Shown: piece by piece, positions 1 to 9,413 of the stretch
Position numbering within the stretch: position 1 is the stretch's first letter
Layout: every line of letters begins with the position of its first letter
DNA from: Fonticula alba ATCC 38817
Taxonomy: Eukaryota; Protista; Nucleariida
Assembly (NCBI GenBank): GCA_000388065.2
Contig: KB932207.1
DNA length: 17,494 bases
Direction: 5' to 3' (one strand)
Notes under the pieces: model-generated
Seen by the model: the letters and a program-made list of their open reading frames with translations, nothing else
The model's database searches: none
Told to the model about the DNA's origin: nothing
Program-made: the position numbers and the translations under genes

Positions 1-97
1 ACGTGTGCGTGTATATATTTGCATGGGGGTGTTTGCCCCTGTATGTACCTGTCGTCGGGGTGTGGGTGTGCCATGTATGCCCATGCAGCCACAGCGC

Positions 98-116
98 CAC
101 ACACACACACACACAC
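98..116. repeat. (CA)n microsatellite
   Basis: About 9 CA units read directly, continuing into a degenerate CA/CG/TG alternating tract. Confidence 0.9.
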
Positions 117-233
117 GCACACGTGCACGTACATGCCCGCACATCCATATGCATAGATATGGGCAGTTGTGCGCACGCGCCGTGGTCTTTCCCCCTCTCC
201 CTTGTGCGGGAGATATCCATCGCCAGGAGTGTG

Positions 234-264
<31 letters not shown>

Positions 265-272
265 TCTCTCTC
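234..272. repeat. (CT)n microsatellite
   Basis: About 39 nt of CT repeat with one interruption near 261. Confidence 0.9.
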
Positions 273-722
273 CCTCCTCGCCCCCCCTCTCTCCATGTTT
301 TTCCTGCCTCCCAGCTCCCCTCCGCTACATCCTTCCCCATCATGTACTTTGTTGTGTCCTTGCCCTCGCCTGTCCCTTCCTTCGCGCGCGTGGGCGGCTG
401 TGCGCGCGCGCGCCCCGTCCGCGCCCCTCCCCCCCCTCAAAGAATAGACTGTCATCGAAAATGCCCCACACGCGTCCCTCTGCGCCCTTCGGCGTGTGCC
501 GAGGGCAAGGGGCAAGTCCTTGGGCACCGGTTGGAGGAGGGGTGTGCGAGTGCACTTCGTGCTGGCAGCCCACAGGGGAGTCGGCATGCGCGACTTCCGG
601 CTGGCCGTGGGGGCCACCCAGTGCCTGGCGCCCGGCACACCGGTTCCCATGCCTCAGCCCCGCCCGGCGGTTGGGAGAACTTTCGGCCCTTCTCCCTCCA
701 TTGTTGTTGGTTCTCCGCGGGG

Positions 723-810
723 GTGCGCGCGCGCGCGCGCGTGTGTGTGTGTGTGCGTGTGTGTGCGTGTGTGTGCGTGTGTGTGCGTGTGTGTGCGTGT
801 GTGCATGCGT
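723..810. repeat. Compound (GC)n-(GT)n-(GTGTGCGTGT)5 alternating purine-pyrimidine tract
   Basis: 88 nt of unbroken purine/pyrimidine alternation; the 10-bp unit GTGTGCGTGT occurs five times exactly at 751-800. Confidence 0.95.
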
Positions 811-1291
811 CCGTGAGCACGTACTTGTCCCACATCCGCCCGGTCAGAAGGCCCCCCCCCCCCCCCCGGCATGGGCTCAATGTCTCTCCCTCGGCCGCAA
901 GGCCGTCCCGCCCCTCGGAGACGCGCAGCCTGCCTGCTCCTTTCTCCGTGCCTCCTCGCTGCGGGACGCGTGCACACACGCGCCGCCTCCTGCCGGAGGG
1001 CGTCCGAGACCCGGGTGAAAAGGCGCCACGACTCGCGTAACATCGGCCCATGTGGCATGTGATACACGCGGAAGCGCTTGTAACAGCATTCCCTAGCTAT
1101 CGGCCTGCCTGCCACGTTTGCCAGTTGCTGATGGGCGCGCAAGCGAGGGCCGTCCGGCCTTCCGGTGTGCCACCCCGGGGACCCATTAGCCTTTATTTCG
1201 CGGCCGGCGCGCCGAAGCGGCCGGGCACCAGCAAGGGCGGCTCGCCGGCGGGCTGGTCTTTTTTGTTGTTGTTTTTCCCCCCCCCCCCCCC

Positions 1292-1301
1292 NNNNNNNNN
1301 N
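1292..1301. other. Assembly gap (10 N)
   Basis: N run following a C homopolymer. Confidence 0.99.
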
Positions 1302-2264
1302 GTGGAGCAGGGCGGGACTGTGTCTGGCGTGTGTGTATGTGTGTATGTGTGTGTTGTGGCAGTGAGAGAGGGGGGGGGGGGGGGGATAGACGAGATCGTG
1401 AGTGGATAGGAGGACATGAAGGGCAGCTGGGTGTGGGGTGGCCGAAAAAGGGGGTCCCCTGTCGGGACCGTCAAAGGTGGCCGTGCCTGCACCCCCTTCC
1501 TCCCGCCGCCACCGCCACACATGCATGCGCGCACGTTCGAACCCCCGCACCAGATCGCGCCCCAACCGCGGGGCCTGGGCCAAGATCGGACCCGGGCCCC
1601 GATCGTGCGGCCGGGCGTGCGTTTGCGCGGCACCCTTTCGTTTCCACCGTGCGCACGGCCCGCGGGCGGGGCTTCTCCTGCGCATCGGGAAGGGGGCGGG
1701 GGCGGTGGTTCTCCAGCCGTTGCCGGTCTGGGCACGCGCAGATCCGGTCGCGTGATACCGACAAACCGCACAAGACCTGTGTCCGCCTGTGATCACCTCC
1801 TGCACCGGCGCGGCGGCAAGAGCGGGGGGGAGGGACATCTTGCGGCCGGTGTGTGATGTGAAAAAGCGCCCCCCGCGGCTCCGCCTCCCTCGCCGGGAGC
1901 AGCGGGGGCCCTGGCGGCTGTGATACCAAAAAAAAGTGCGACACCGGCAAGAGCCACTTGCATTCGATACGCGGGTGTGTGTGGGGGGCGTGCAAACGGT
2001 GGTGCTGGGGGGGCGGCGGGGGGGCGAGCCCGCGGGGGACGGGGGGCGGCCAGGGGAGGGGGCAGTTGCGTGCGGCCGGGTGACGAGGACGGGCACACGG
2101 TGTCAGGGCGGCGGGCAACGATCGCAACAGGCGCCCCAATCCTCCGGAGACCCGGCGCGCGGGCCGCGGCCGCCAGCAGCAGCCCAGGGCCGGGGAACAG
2201 AAAGGCGGCACTCCGCGGGGGGTGACAGTGCGCAGGCCCCATCATGTATGGGGGGGAGGGGTGG

Positions 2265-2984
2265 NNNNNNNNNNNNNNNNNNNNNNNNNNNNNNNNNNNN
2301 NNNNNNNNNNNNNNNNNNNNNNNNNNNNNNNNNNNNNNNNNNNNNNNNNNNNNNNNNNNNNNNNNNNNNNNNNNNNNNNNNNNNNNNNNNNNNNNNNNNN
2401 NNNNNNNNNNNNNNNNNNNNNNNNNNNNNNNNNNNNNNNNNNNNNNNNNNNNNNNNNNNNNNNNNNNNNNNNNNNNNNNNNNNNNNNNNNNNNNNNNNNN
2501 NNNNNNNNNNNNNNNNNNNNNNNNNNNNNNNNNNNNNNNNNNNNNNNNNNNNNNNNNNNNNNNNNNNNNNNNNNNNNNNNNNNNNNNNNNNNNNNNNNNN
2601 NNNNNNNNNNNNNNNNNNNNNNNNNNNNNNNNNNNNNNNNNNNNNNNNNNNNNNNNNNNNNNNNNNNNNNNNNNNNNNNNNNNNNNNNNNNNNNNNNNNN
2701 NNNNNNNNNNNNNNNNNNNNNNNNNNNNNNNNNNNNNNNNNNNNNNNNNNNNNNNNNNNNNNNNNNNNNNNNNNNNNNNNNNNNNNNNNNNNNNNNNNNN
2801 NNNNNNNNNNNNNNNNNNNNNNNNNNNNNNNNNNNNNNNNNNNNNNNNNNNNNNNNNNNNNNNNNNNNNNNNNNNNNNNNNNNNNNNNNNNNNNNNNNNN
2901 NNNNNNNNNNNNNNNNNNNNNNNNNNNNNNNNNNNNNNNNNNNNNNNNNNNNNNNNNNNNNNNNNNNNNNNNNNNNNNNNNNNN
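2265..2984. other. Assembly gap (about 720 N), probably hiding upstream Spinster exons
   Basis: N run flanked by G-rich and C-rich tracts, just upstream of the Spinster terminal-exon acceptor. Confidence 0.95.
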
Positions 2985-3031
2985 CCCCCCCCCCGATGCG
3001 CACGCACGCACGCAACCACACAATCACACAG

Positions 3032-3476
3032 TGGCCTCGACAGCACTCGCGCCGGCATTTACCTGTCCGCGGTGCTGGTCCTTATTGCCTACACCCCCAT
3101 CCAGTTTGCGGTTTTCATGCCGAGCGCCGTGGCCTTCCTGCTGATCGTGGCCCTGGGCGAGTTCTTCCTGCTCTCCTCGCTGACTCCCGTGAATGCGGTG
3201 TTCCTGTCCTGTGTGTCGTCGGACCAGCGCGGCCACTCGATGGCCGTGATGACGCTGCTGATCCATCTGCTGGGAGACATGTGGTCGCCGTACATCTTCG
3301 GTGCCATCTCCGATGCGTCCAGCAAGCAGGTGGCGCTCTTCTGCGTGGCGGCCGTGCTGATCATGACCGCGGCCTTCTGGTGTGCTGGTGCGCTGTATGC
3401 CCGGCAGACCGGGCGCTCGCATCTTGGCGGCGCGTCGCCCACCTCCAGCGGCTTCATGAAGATCGACGACGCGTAA
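3032..3476 (+). CDS. SPNS: Spinster-family (SPNS-like) MFS transporter, terminal exon only (C-terminal TM helices; 5' part not visible)
   Basis: Acceptor ...caatcacacAG at 3030-3031, phase 2. Translation GLDSTRAGIYLSAVLVLIAY...LGEFFLLSSLTPVNAVFLSCVSSDQRGHSMAVMTLLIHLLGDMWSPYIFGAISD...KIDDA* has several hydrophobic helices. It carries Spinster hallmarks: GE before the PVN helix and HLLGDxxSPYxxGxISD (human SPNS1/2 recalled as HLLGDAGSPYLIG-ISD). TAA at 3474-3476. Symbol is family-level. Confidence 0.87.
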
Positions 3477-3488
3477 GACGACGCGTAA
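3465..3488 (+). repeat. Exact 12-bp tandem duplication GACGACGCGTAA x2 including the Spinster stop codon
   Basis: 3465-3476 is identical to 3477-3488. Confidence 0.9.
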
Positions 3489-3493
3489 GGCGC

Positions 3494-3511
3494 GGGGGGG
3501 GGGGGGGGGGT

Positions 3512-3568
<57 letters not shown>

Positions 3569-3603
3569 AAAGGGGAAAAAAAGGGGGGGGAAAAAAAGGG
3601 GGG
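3494..3603 (+). repeat. Poly-G run (3494-3567, one T) followed by alternating A/G runs
   Basis: Read directly; purine-only apart from T3511. Confidence 0.9.
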
Positions 3604-3843
3604 CGCATGTTCCGCCATCCCGGCGTGAGCGCGCGCGCGCGCGCCCGCATGAATCCCCGGACAACGCCCGCCGTTGGGGCCGGCGAGATGACAACTGAAC
3701 GGCCTGTCCTCGAGGGTGAGGGCCCGCGGCCGCCCGGGTCGCGGGGCGCGGCCGGCTGTGCCGGTGTTATTCCTCCTGCCTGCCTGATTGTTTATTATTA
3801 TCTGCACATCTCCCCCTGCCCGGGCCTCGTTGGGCAGCGTGTT

Positions 3844-3872
3844 CCCGCGCCCGCGCCCGCGCCCGCGCCCGC
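3844..3872. repeat. (CCCGCG)n hexamer repeat
   Basis: Four exact units plus a partial fifth. Confidence 0.85.
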
Positions 3873-4065
3873 CCCTGGCCCCGGGATGCGGCGAGCGCCC
3901 TAGGGCGGGGGGAGGGAGGCACCAATTTCCACCATCGGACTGGTGCACGCGGCGTTCTCGGCCCTTTTTCCCCGGGCGGTCCCCGCCGGCAGGGCGCCGG
4001 GATGCTCGCGCCCGCTTCGGCGCGCGCGGGTGCCTGGTCTGCACGCTGCGCGTTTGCGCCCTCTG

Positions 4066-4105
4066 TCTCTTTGTCCCTCTATCACTCTCTTTGTCCCTCT
4101 ATCAC
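4066..4105. repeat. 20-bp tandem repeat TCTCTTTGTCCCTCTATCAC x2 running into a gap
   Basis: 4066-4085 is identical to 4086-4105; the gap starts at 4107. Confidence 0.85.
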
Positions 4106-4106
4106 C

Positions 4107-4276
4107 NNNNNNNNNNNNNNNNNNNNNNNNNNNNNNNNNNNNNNNNNNNNNNNNNNNNNNNNNNNNNNNNNNNNNNNNNNNNNNNNNNNNNNNNNNNNNN
4201 NNNNNNNNNNNNNNNNNNNNNNNNNNNNNNNNNNNNNNNNNNNNNNNNNNNNNNNNNNNNNNNNNNNNNNNNNNNN
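4107..4276. other. Assembly gap (170 N)
   Basis: N run. Confidence 0.97.
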
Positions 4277-7200
4277 CCCCGCCGGCGGGCTGGTGTGTTT
4301 CTTGCCGGGGGCGGGGGCTGGGCGCATCACAAACGAAGACGTAGGGCGGGCTGGGTGGCGTTTTTTTTTCCCCTTTTGCCAGGTGTCGTGCACGACATGG
4401 CGCGGGCGACCGGGGTCCGATGCTGCCCGGGACCCGCGACACGCCCTTGGGCGCCAGTCACAACAATGAGCCATTGTTTGGGCTGTTGGCCCCCGGGCTG
4501 GTGCTTTCCCCTGCAACACGGTGCGTCCCCATGGGGGGCGGGCGGACTAGCGGGCGGGCGGGCGGGCGGGCGGACTTGAGGAGGCGTCTACCACACGCAC
4601 GACAACTGGGCCCAAGCGCGCGGGCGGCCTGGCGCGGTGTTTCCCCGTGCGTTCGGACGCGCGCGCTCGCACGTCCAGCCGAATCCGGAGTCTGTGTGCC
4701 GCGGGTGCGGCCGGCGCTGGGCCGCGTCGGCCGCCCGCTGTCGCCCGGCTCGCGCCGCCGGGTGGCATGGCAGCCGCCGCTGGCGTTGGCCCAGCGTGCA
4801 CCTGGACTTACACGGGTGCTGTGGGTGCGTTTGCGCGCGCGCGCGCGCCGGAGCGTCGGGTTCCCAAGGGCCGTGACACCCGGCTCCGGGCGGGTGGGGG
4901 GGGGGGGGGGCCTTGTCCGCGCGGTGGACCTCTCCGCGAGGCAGGAATTTCATTTGAGAATATGTGGCTGCCTGCGCTGGCGCACGCACAGCCGGGTCGG
5001 GTCTGGGTGGCGAAATCCCGACGGCGGGAACGGGTTTTCACCCGCATTTGCGCTGCCTGTCGGGCGTCTCGCCACAGGGTCAGGCGCCGACACACCGGCG
5101 GCCGGGCGGCGGGCCTGTCTGCGGCGTTTCCCTGCGCTAGGGTGTCCCCGCTGGCAAATCCACCGGCCTCTGGCGGCCCCGGGGGATTTGGCAGCCGCCC
5201 GGGCCCCCGGCCCCCGTTTGCCTTGGCTCATGTGCGGCCAGGCCGCCCGCTTCACGCGCTGTCCCTGGCGGTTGCCCCCCCCGGTGGTGTGTGGCCGGGG
5301 GAGGAGGGAGGGCGGGGGGGGGGGGCCACCAGGCGTGGCCTCCGGAGCCGCGTGCACGGGGCCGCACTCGCCGGGCGGCCTCTCGAGGGGGCCGCCGGCG
5401 ACCGCAACCGGCGGCCCCCGGCCCATCGCCTCGTGTGTCTCTCGCTCGGCCTGGGGCCCGGCTGCGGAAATGGCGCCCCACGCGGGCGACAAGCCCCGGG
5501 AGCGGGGGGGTGCCGGAGGGGCGCCGGCGGGCGGAACACACAGCTCCGGCCTGAGCATGGAAGTCCCCCCTCCTCGTCGCCGGCCGGCCGGCCGTCTCCT
5601 TGCCCCGTGCCCGGCCGCGCGGGCCCCCCTCGACAATCGCCGCCGGGCTGGGGGCCGCGGCAGCCCCGGGGCTGCCGCGGCCCCTTGCACACGGCGGCGG
5701 AGCATCCCCCTCGCCTGGCGTCCTCGCCCCCCCCCCCCCGGGGGGGGGGGAAGAGGGGCCGGGGGCACGCACGGGCGCGAGGGCTGTTTCAGTCGCTCGC
5801 GCCCCTGCCTCGCCGCGTCGCCCGACGCCTGGCCGCATGGTCGACGGGGCCCGGCGTCGCCTGTGTCGCCAGCGCCGGATCCGGGCCGCCTGCCGCCTCG
5901 GTCGTCGCGCGGCGCCCGTTGCCGTCGGCGCCCCTTTATCCCGAGTCCCTGCATATGCTGGCTACCGGCCAGGGGTCCCAAGCAGGCAGGCCGGGGCCGG
6001 GGCGCCCCGGCGGGGGGACCCGTGCGCAAAAACGCCCTCATCAAGGGCTGGGTGCAGTGAGGCGCCCGGCCCCGGGGCCCGCCAACACTGCCACTTTGTT
6101 GGGAGGGGGCGGGGCCGGGCCGTGTAGCCAGCAAAAGTGCGGGGCGGGGGGGGGGTGGGAGCAATATGCCGGCATATTGCCAGGAGGCACTGACGCCCGG
6201 CCCGCCGGCCCCTCCCTCGCGGAGGGAGCCAAGGCGGCCACCAGCGCCAGCCGGGCCGGCCGTTTGCCATATGTCCCCGGGGGAGGCCGAGGGCGGGCCG
6301 CGCCTTCGCGGAAGGGCTTCTCTCTCCCTCTGTCCTGAGGGTCGTGTGGCCCCAGGGGCCGTTTCTTCCAATATGTCGAAGTGCCGGCCGGGCCGGCCCT
6401 CGCTCTTATGTGTGGCGCCCGCCCGTGTTATTGCTTCCGCATATCGGACCCCCGGGGCGGGAGGGGGCCGGGCGGCAAACGGCGGGGGCTGCGGGGGGGG
6501 GGGGGGGGGGCGGAGCACCGGCCATACGCGAGACGCCGCGCGGCGGGGGGCACATATCGCGACGGGGACCGGCGGGCAAACGCCGCCTGCGGGGGGCGTG
6601 GGACGCGGGGCCGGCCCCGGCAGCCGGCTAGCAGCTGCCTACTGTTACACATGCCAGGGCAGACACGGCGGCACGCCGGCCGGGTGACACGCCAGACCAC
6701 CACCCTCCGTGTGTTGCGTGCGCATGCGGGCCCGGGCGAGGGGGGCCGGGGGCGCGCACGCGCACGCACCACACCGGGGCTTCTCTGTGGAGATCATCCC
6801 TGGCTTTGGTTGGGGTGCCATCCCCCGCCCCCCTCCAGGCTCGGAGGGGGCAGGCAGGGCCGGGTTGCCGGCGGCGCGTGGGAGCTCATATTGCTAGGGG
6901 CGGTGCTGTGGCAGGCGGCGAAGGCGGGCCCCTGCCACTGGTCCCCCCCCCCCCCGAAGTCTCGAGGGGGAAAGAGGCAGAGCCGGGGCGGCGGTATGGT
7001 CATCGCACATCGACGGGACGCCGTTGCGCCCGGGCCCGGGAGGGCTGGCCGGGCTTCCGGGAAACGCCCGGGGGGCATGGGCCGGGCGGGGGCTGGGCGA
7101 CCGACGCACAGGCCCGGCCCGGCCCGCCGCGCGCACGTACCCGCCCTCCGGGACTTGTGTCACCCCGGCCGGGCGCTCCTCGGGCCGGGGCCGAGGACAG

Positions 7201-8382
7201 CTGTGTGGGGCTGGGCGACGCGCGCACACACAACACACACGCGCGCAGGCACATGCGCTCGCGCACACAGGCCAGCCGGCCTGCCGCGCCGTGACACCGC
7301 CCAGCGGCCCGGGGCGAATACCGCCGGGGCGTCCGGGTGGCCGCGGCCGGCGGCGACGGCGACGGCCGCCCGAGCGAGGTGCCAGAGCGGGCGAATCCCG
7401 TCCCGGGCCTTCCCTTCTTCCCTCGCACGGTGGTCCACACGCGCCACGCGGGGGGGGGCGGTATTCCGGACGCGCCCACTCCCCTGCCGGTCGGCCGGGT
7501 CCTTTTTGGTCGGGCGCGCTGTCGGCGCGGCCGGTTCCGGGCGGGCGTGTTTGGGTGGGCGGGCGGGCGGGCGGCCCAGATCCCCCGGGCCTTTGTTTAC
7601 ACTCCGCCCGGGGGGGGAGGCTGGCGGGGCCCCCGGGCGGGCGCGAGGGCGCCGGCCGTTCCCGGGCCGGGCCCTTTTCCCGGGCATGTCCCCCCGCACG
7701 GCGCCGGGAGCCCGGCCGGCCGGTTGCGGTGATTCTGGCCCAAAACCCGCCATGGCGCGGGCGCCCGCCGTCGGGTGTGCCAGTTTCACTGCCTTCCGTC
7801 GTGGCGCATTGGCCGGGGCCGGCCCGCGGCCCCGGTCCGTCCGGCCCAGGGCCCGGCCACGCCAGCCGGATGCCGCCCGGGGCGCATCTTGACGCGCCCG
7901 GCTCTCCGTCGTGGCACAGGCACCGCGGGCACCGCGCGGCCCGGCACCCCTTCCGTCGGCGATGGCGCCCGACCGGCCCCTCCCCCCGCCCCACGGAATG
8001 GGCACCGCGCCCGGGCGGTTGTCAGCGAGCTGCCCACAATGGCCCGCGTCCCTTCCGGCCCGCACCTCGCAGTGCAGCCTTAATCCCCGTCCTCCCGGCC
8101 CGTGTGCTCCGGCCTGGGGGAACGGCACGCCGGGCGCCGTTTCACTCGGCCTCGCGGCTCCCAAGGGCGTGCTTTCACACGCGCACTGCTCCGGTGGGGC
8201 CGCGCACCCTCCGGGGCCCCTTAGGCCGGGCCGCTGCCCCTGCTGGTGGGAAAAATGACAAGGGGCCGGCGGAAACGCCGGGGAAAAACAGCCAGCCCGT
8301 GCGGCGCCTGGCAGGGGCGCGCTTCGGCGGAATCACTCGGGGGCTGTTGTATGTATCTGCTCGTGTTGTGTGTAAATATACA

Positions 8383-8396
8383 TCTATCTATCTATC

Positions 8397-8448
<52 letters not shown>
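8383..8448. repeat. Compound microsatellite (TCTA)4(TA)6(TG)19
   Basis: Read directly. Confidence 0.95.
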
Positions 8449-8450
<2 letters not shown>

Positions 8451-9413
8451 TGCGTCTTAAGTGTGTGTATATTGTGCGGAGATGGATGGTGTGTGTGAGG
8501 AGGGGGGGGGGGGGCGCTAGTCAGAGGATCGGACCCCCGGGAGAACTGGCCGCCGGCGGCCCTTGGGGGGCGTTTCCCCCCCTGCACTCGCCCGGGCCCC
8601 GAAGCAGTAACTCCCGAGCAACCGCCTGGGTGTCCGGCCGCCAACTGCCGCGCGATGGCCACCGAGGCGGCAGCCAGGCCAGGCCGCGGCGGTTCCCGGC
8701 CTTCGCGCCGGCACAGGGGACAGACAGCATATGGGGGCCCCGCGACTGCGCCGGGGGCTGGAAGTCCCTGTCTGCCCGTTGCTCCCCCTGCTCGGCGGCT
8801 CCGCCTCTCTCTACGGGGCCTCCCCGGGAGAATCCCCAGCCCCGGCTGGGAAATTCCCGGCCCCCCCCCCCCCCGGGGGGCCCTCGGACTTTCCCGCGGT
8901 CGGCCGCGCGCGATGATGCCCCGGGGCGCGGGTCCCGGGTGACCGCACGCAGCGGATCTGCGGCTGTCTTGCAACGCGATCTCGTTAATCCCCACTTCGG
9001 CGACGCGCGCCGACACTCGCCCGCTCGCGGCACCCCCACCCCCATATGGACACATGCGGCGCGCGGCCGCTCGCATCATTTGCCTGTATTCTTCGCACCA
9101 AGGGTGATGAAGGTGTGTCCGTATGTGTGTGTATGAATGCGCGGACGGGTGGACGGGGCGGCCCCCTCTCTCCCCGGGCCCCTCGCGCGCGTGCTCCTAG
9201 CCTCCAGGAGCACCGCTGCCTGGCAAAGCATAATTTCGATGTCAGCACCCCCCGGCGGCAACCCGTCTGACATGTGCAATGTTGACCTGAGCGACCGCCG
9301 GCAGACGGCATCTGCTGCGCTCGGGAGAGCTGGGCTGCACGCGTATCCGATGGCCGCGCGTCGGCCGGAGCGGGGGGCGGGGGGCGGGGGGCGGCGGGGG
9401 GGAGGGGGGGGGG

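Noticed and set aside
1030-1264. Lower-GC segment ending in T6, considered as a Pol III ncRNA (SRP, RNase P/MRP, snRNA)
   Set aside because: No conserved core motifs of these RNAs were found on either strand; an Infernal/Rfam scan would be decisive.
1535-1543. GTTCGAACC, resembling a tRNA T-loop or B-box
   Set aside because: Flanks cannot form a T-stem on either strand, and there is no cloverleaf or A-box.
1793-3144. ORFs spanning N gaps (also around 9414-9945 and 11602-11970)
   Set aside because: Their length comes from X codons across assembly gaps.
4077-4086. CTCTATCACT, resembling a tetO half-site
   Set aside because: The second half of the operator is absent; it is part of a tandem repeat unit.
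4767-4990. Possible spliced mini-ORF (ATG 4767, donor GTGCGT 4825, acceptor 4944)
   Set aside because: The acceptor lacks the C-rich tract seen in real introns here, and the product is unrecognisable.
5727-5750. C13-G11 self-complementary run (similar at 8861-8880)
   Set aside because: Juxtaposed homopolymers are common throughout this window and carry little information.
4420-8460. Many long ORFs (up to 563 aa) on both strands
   Set aside because: They overlap in all frames, are dominated by R/G/P/A, and show no motif or codon pattern like the real genes. Stop codons are simply rare at this GC content.
9137-9360. Mixed-composition segment with protein-like translations and an 8-bp-stem hairpin at 9191-9213
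   Set aside because: No recognisable homology or consistent splice sites in any frame; the hairpin is within chance expectation.
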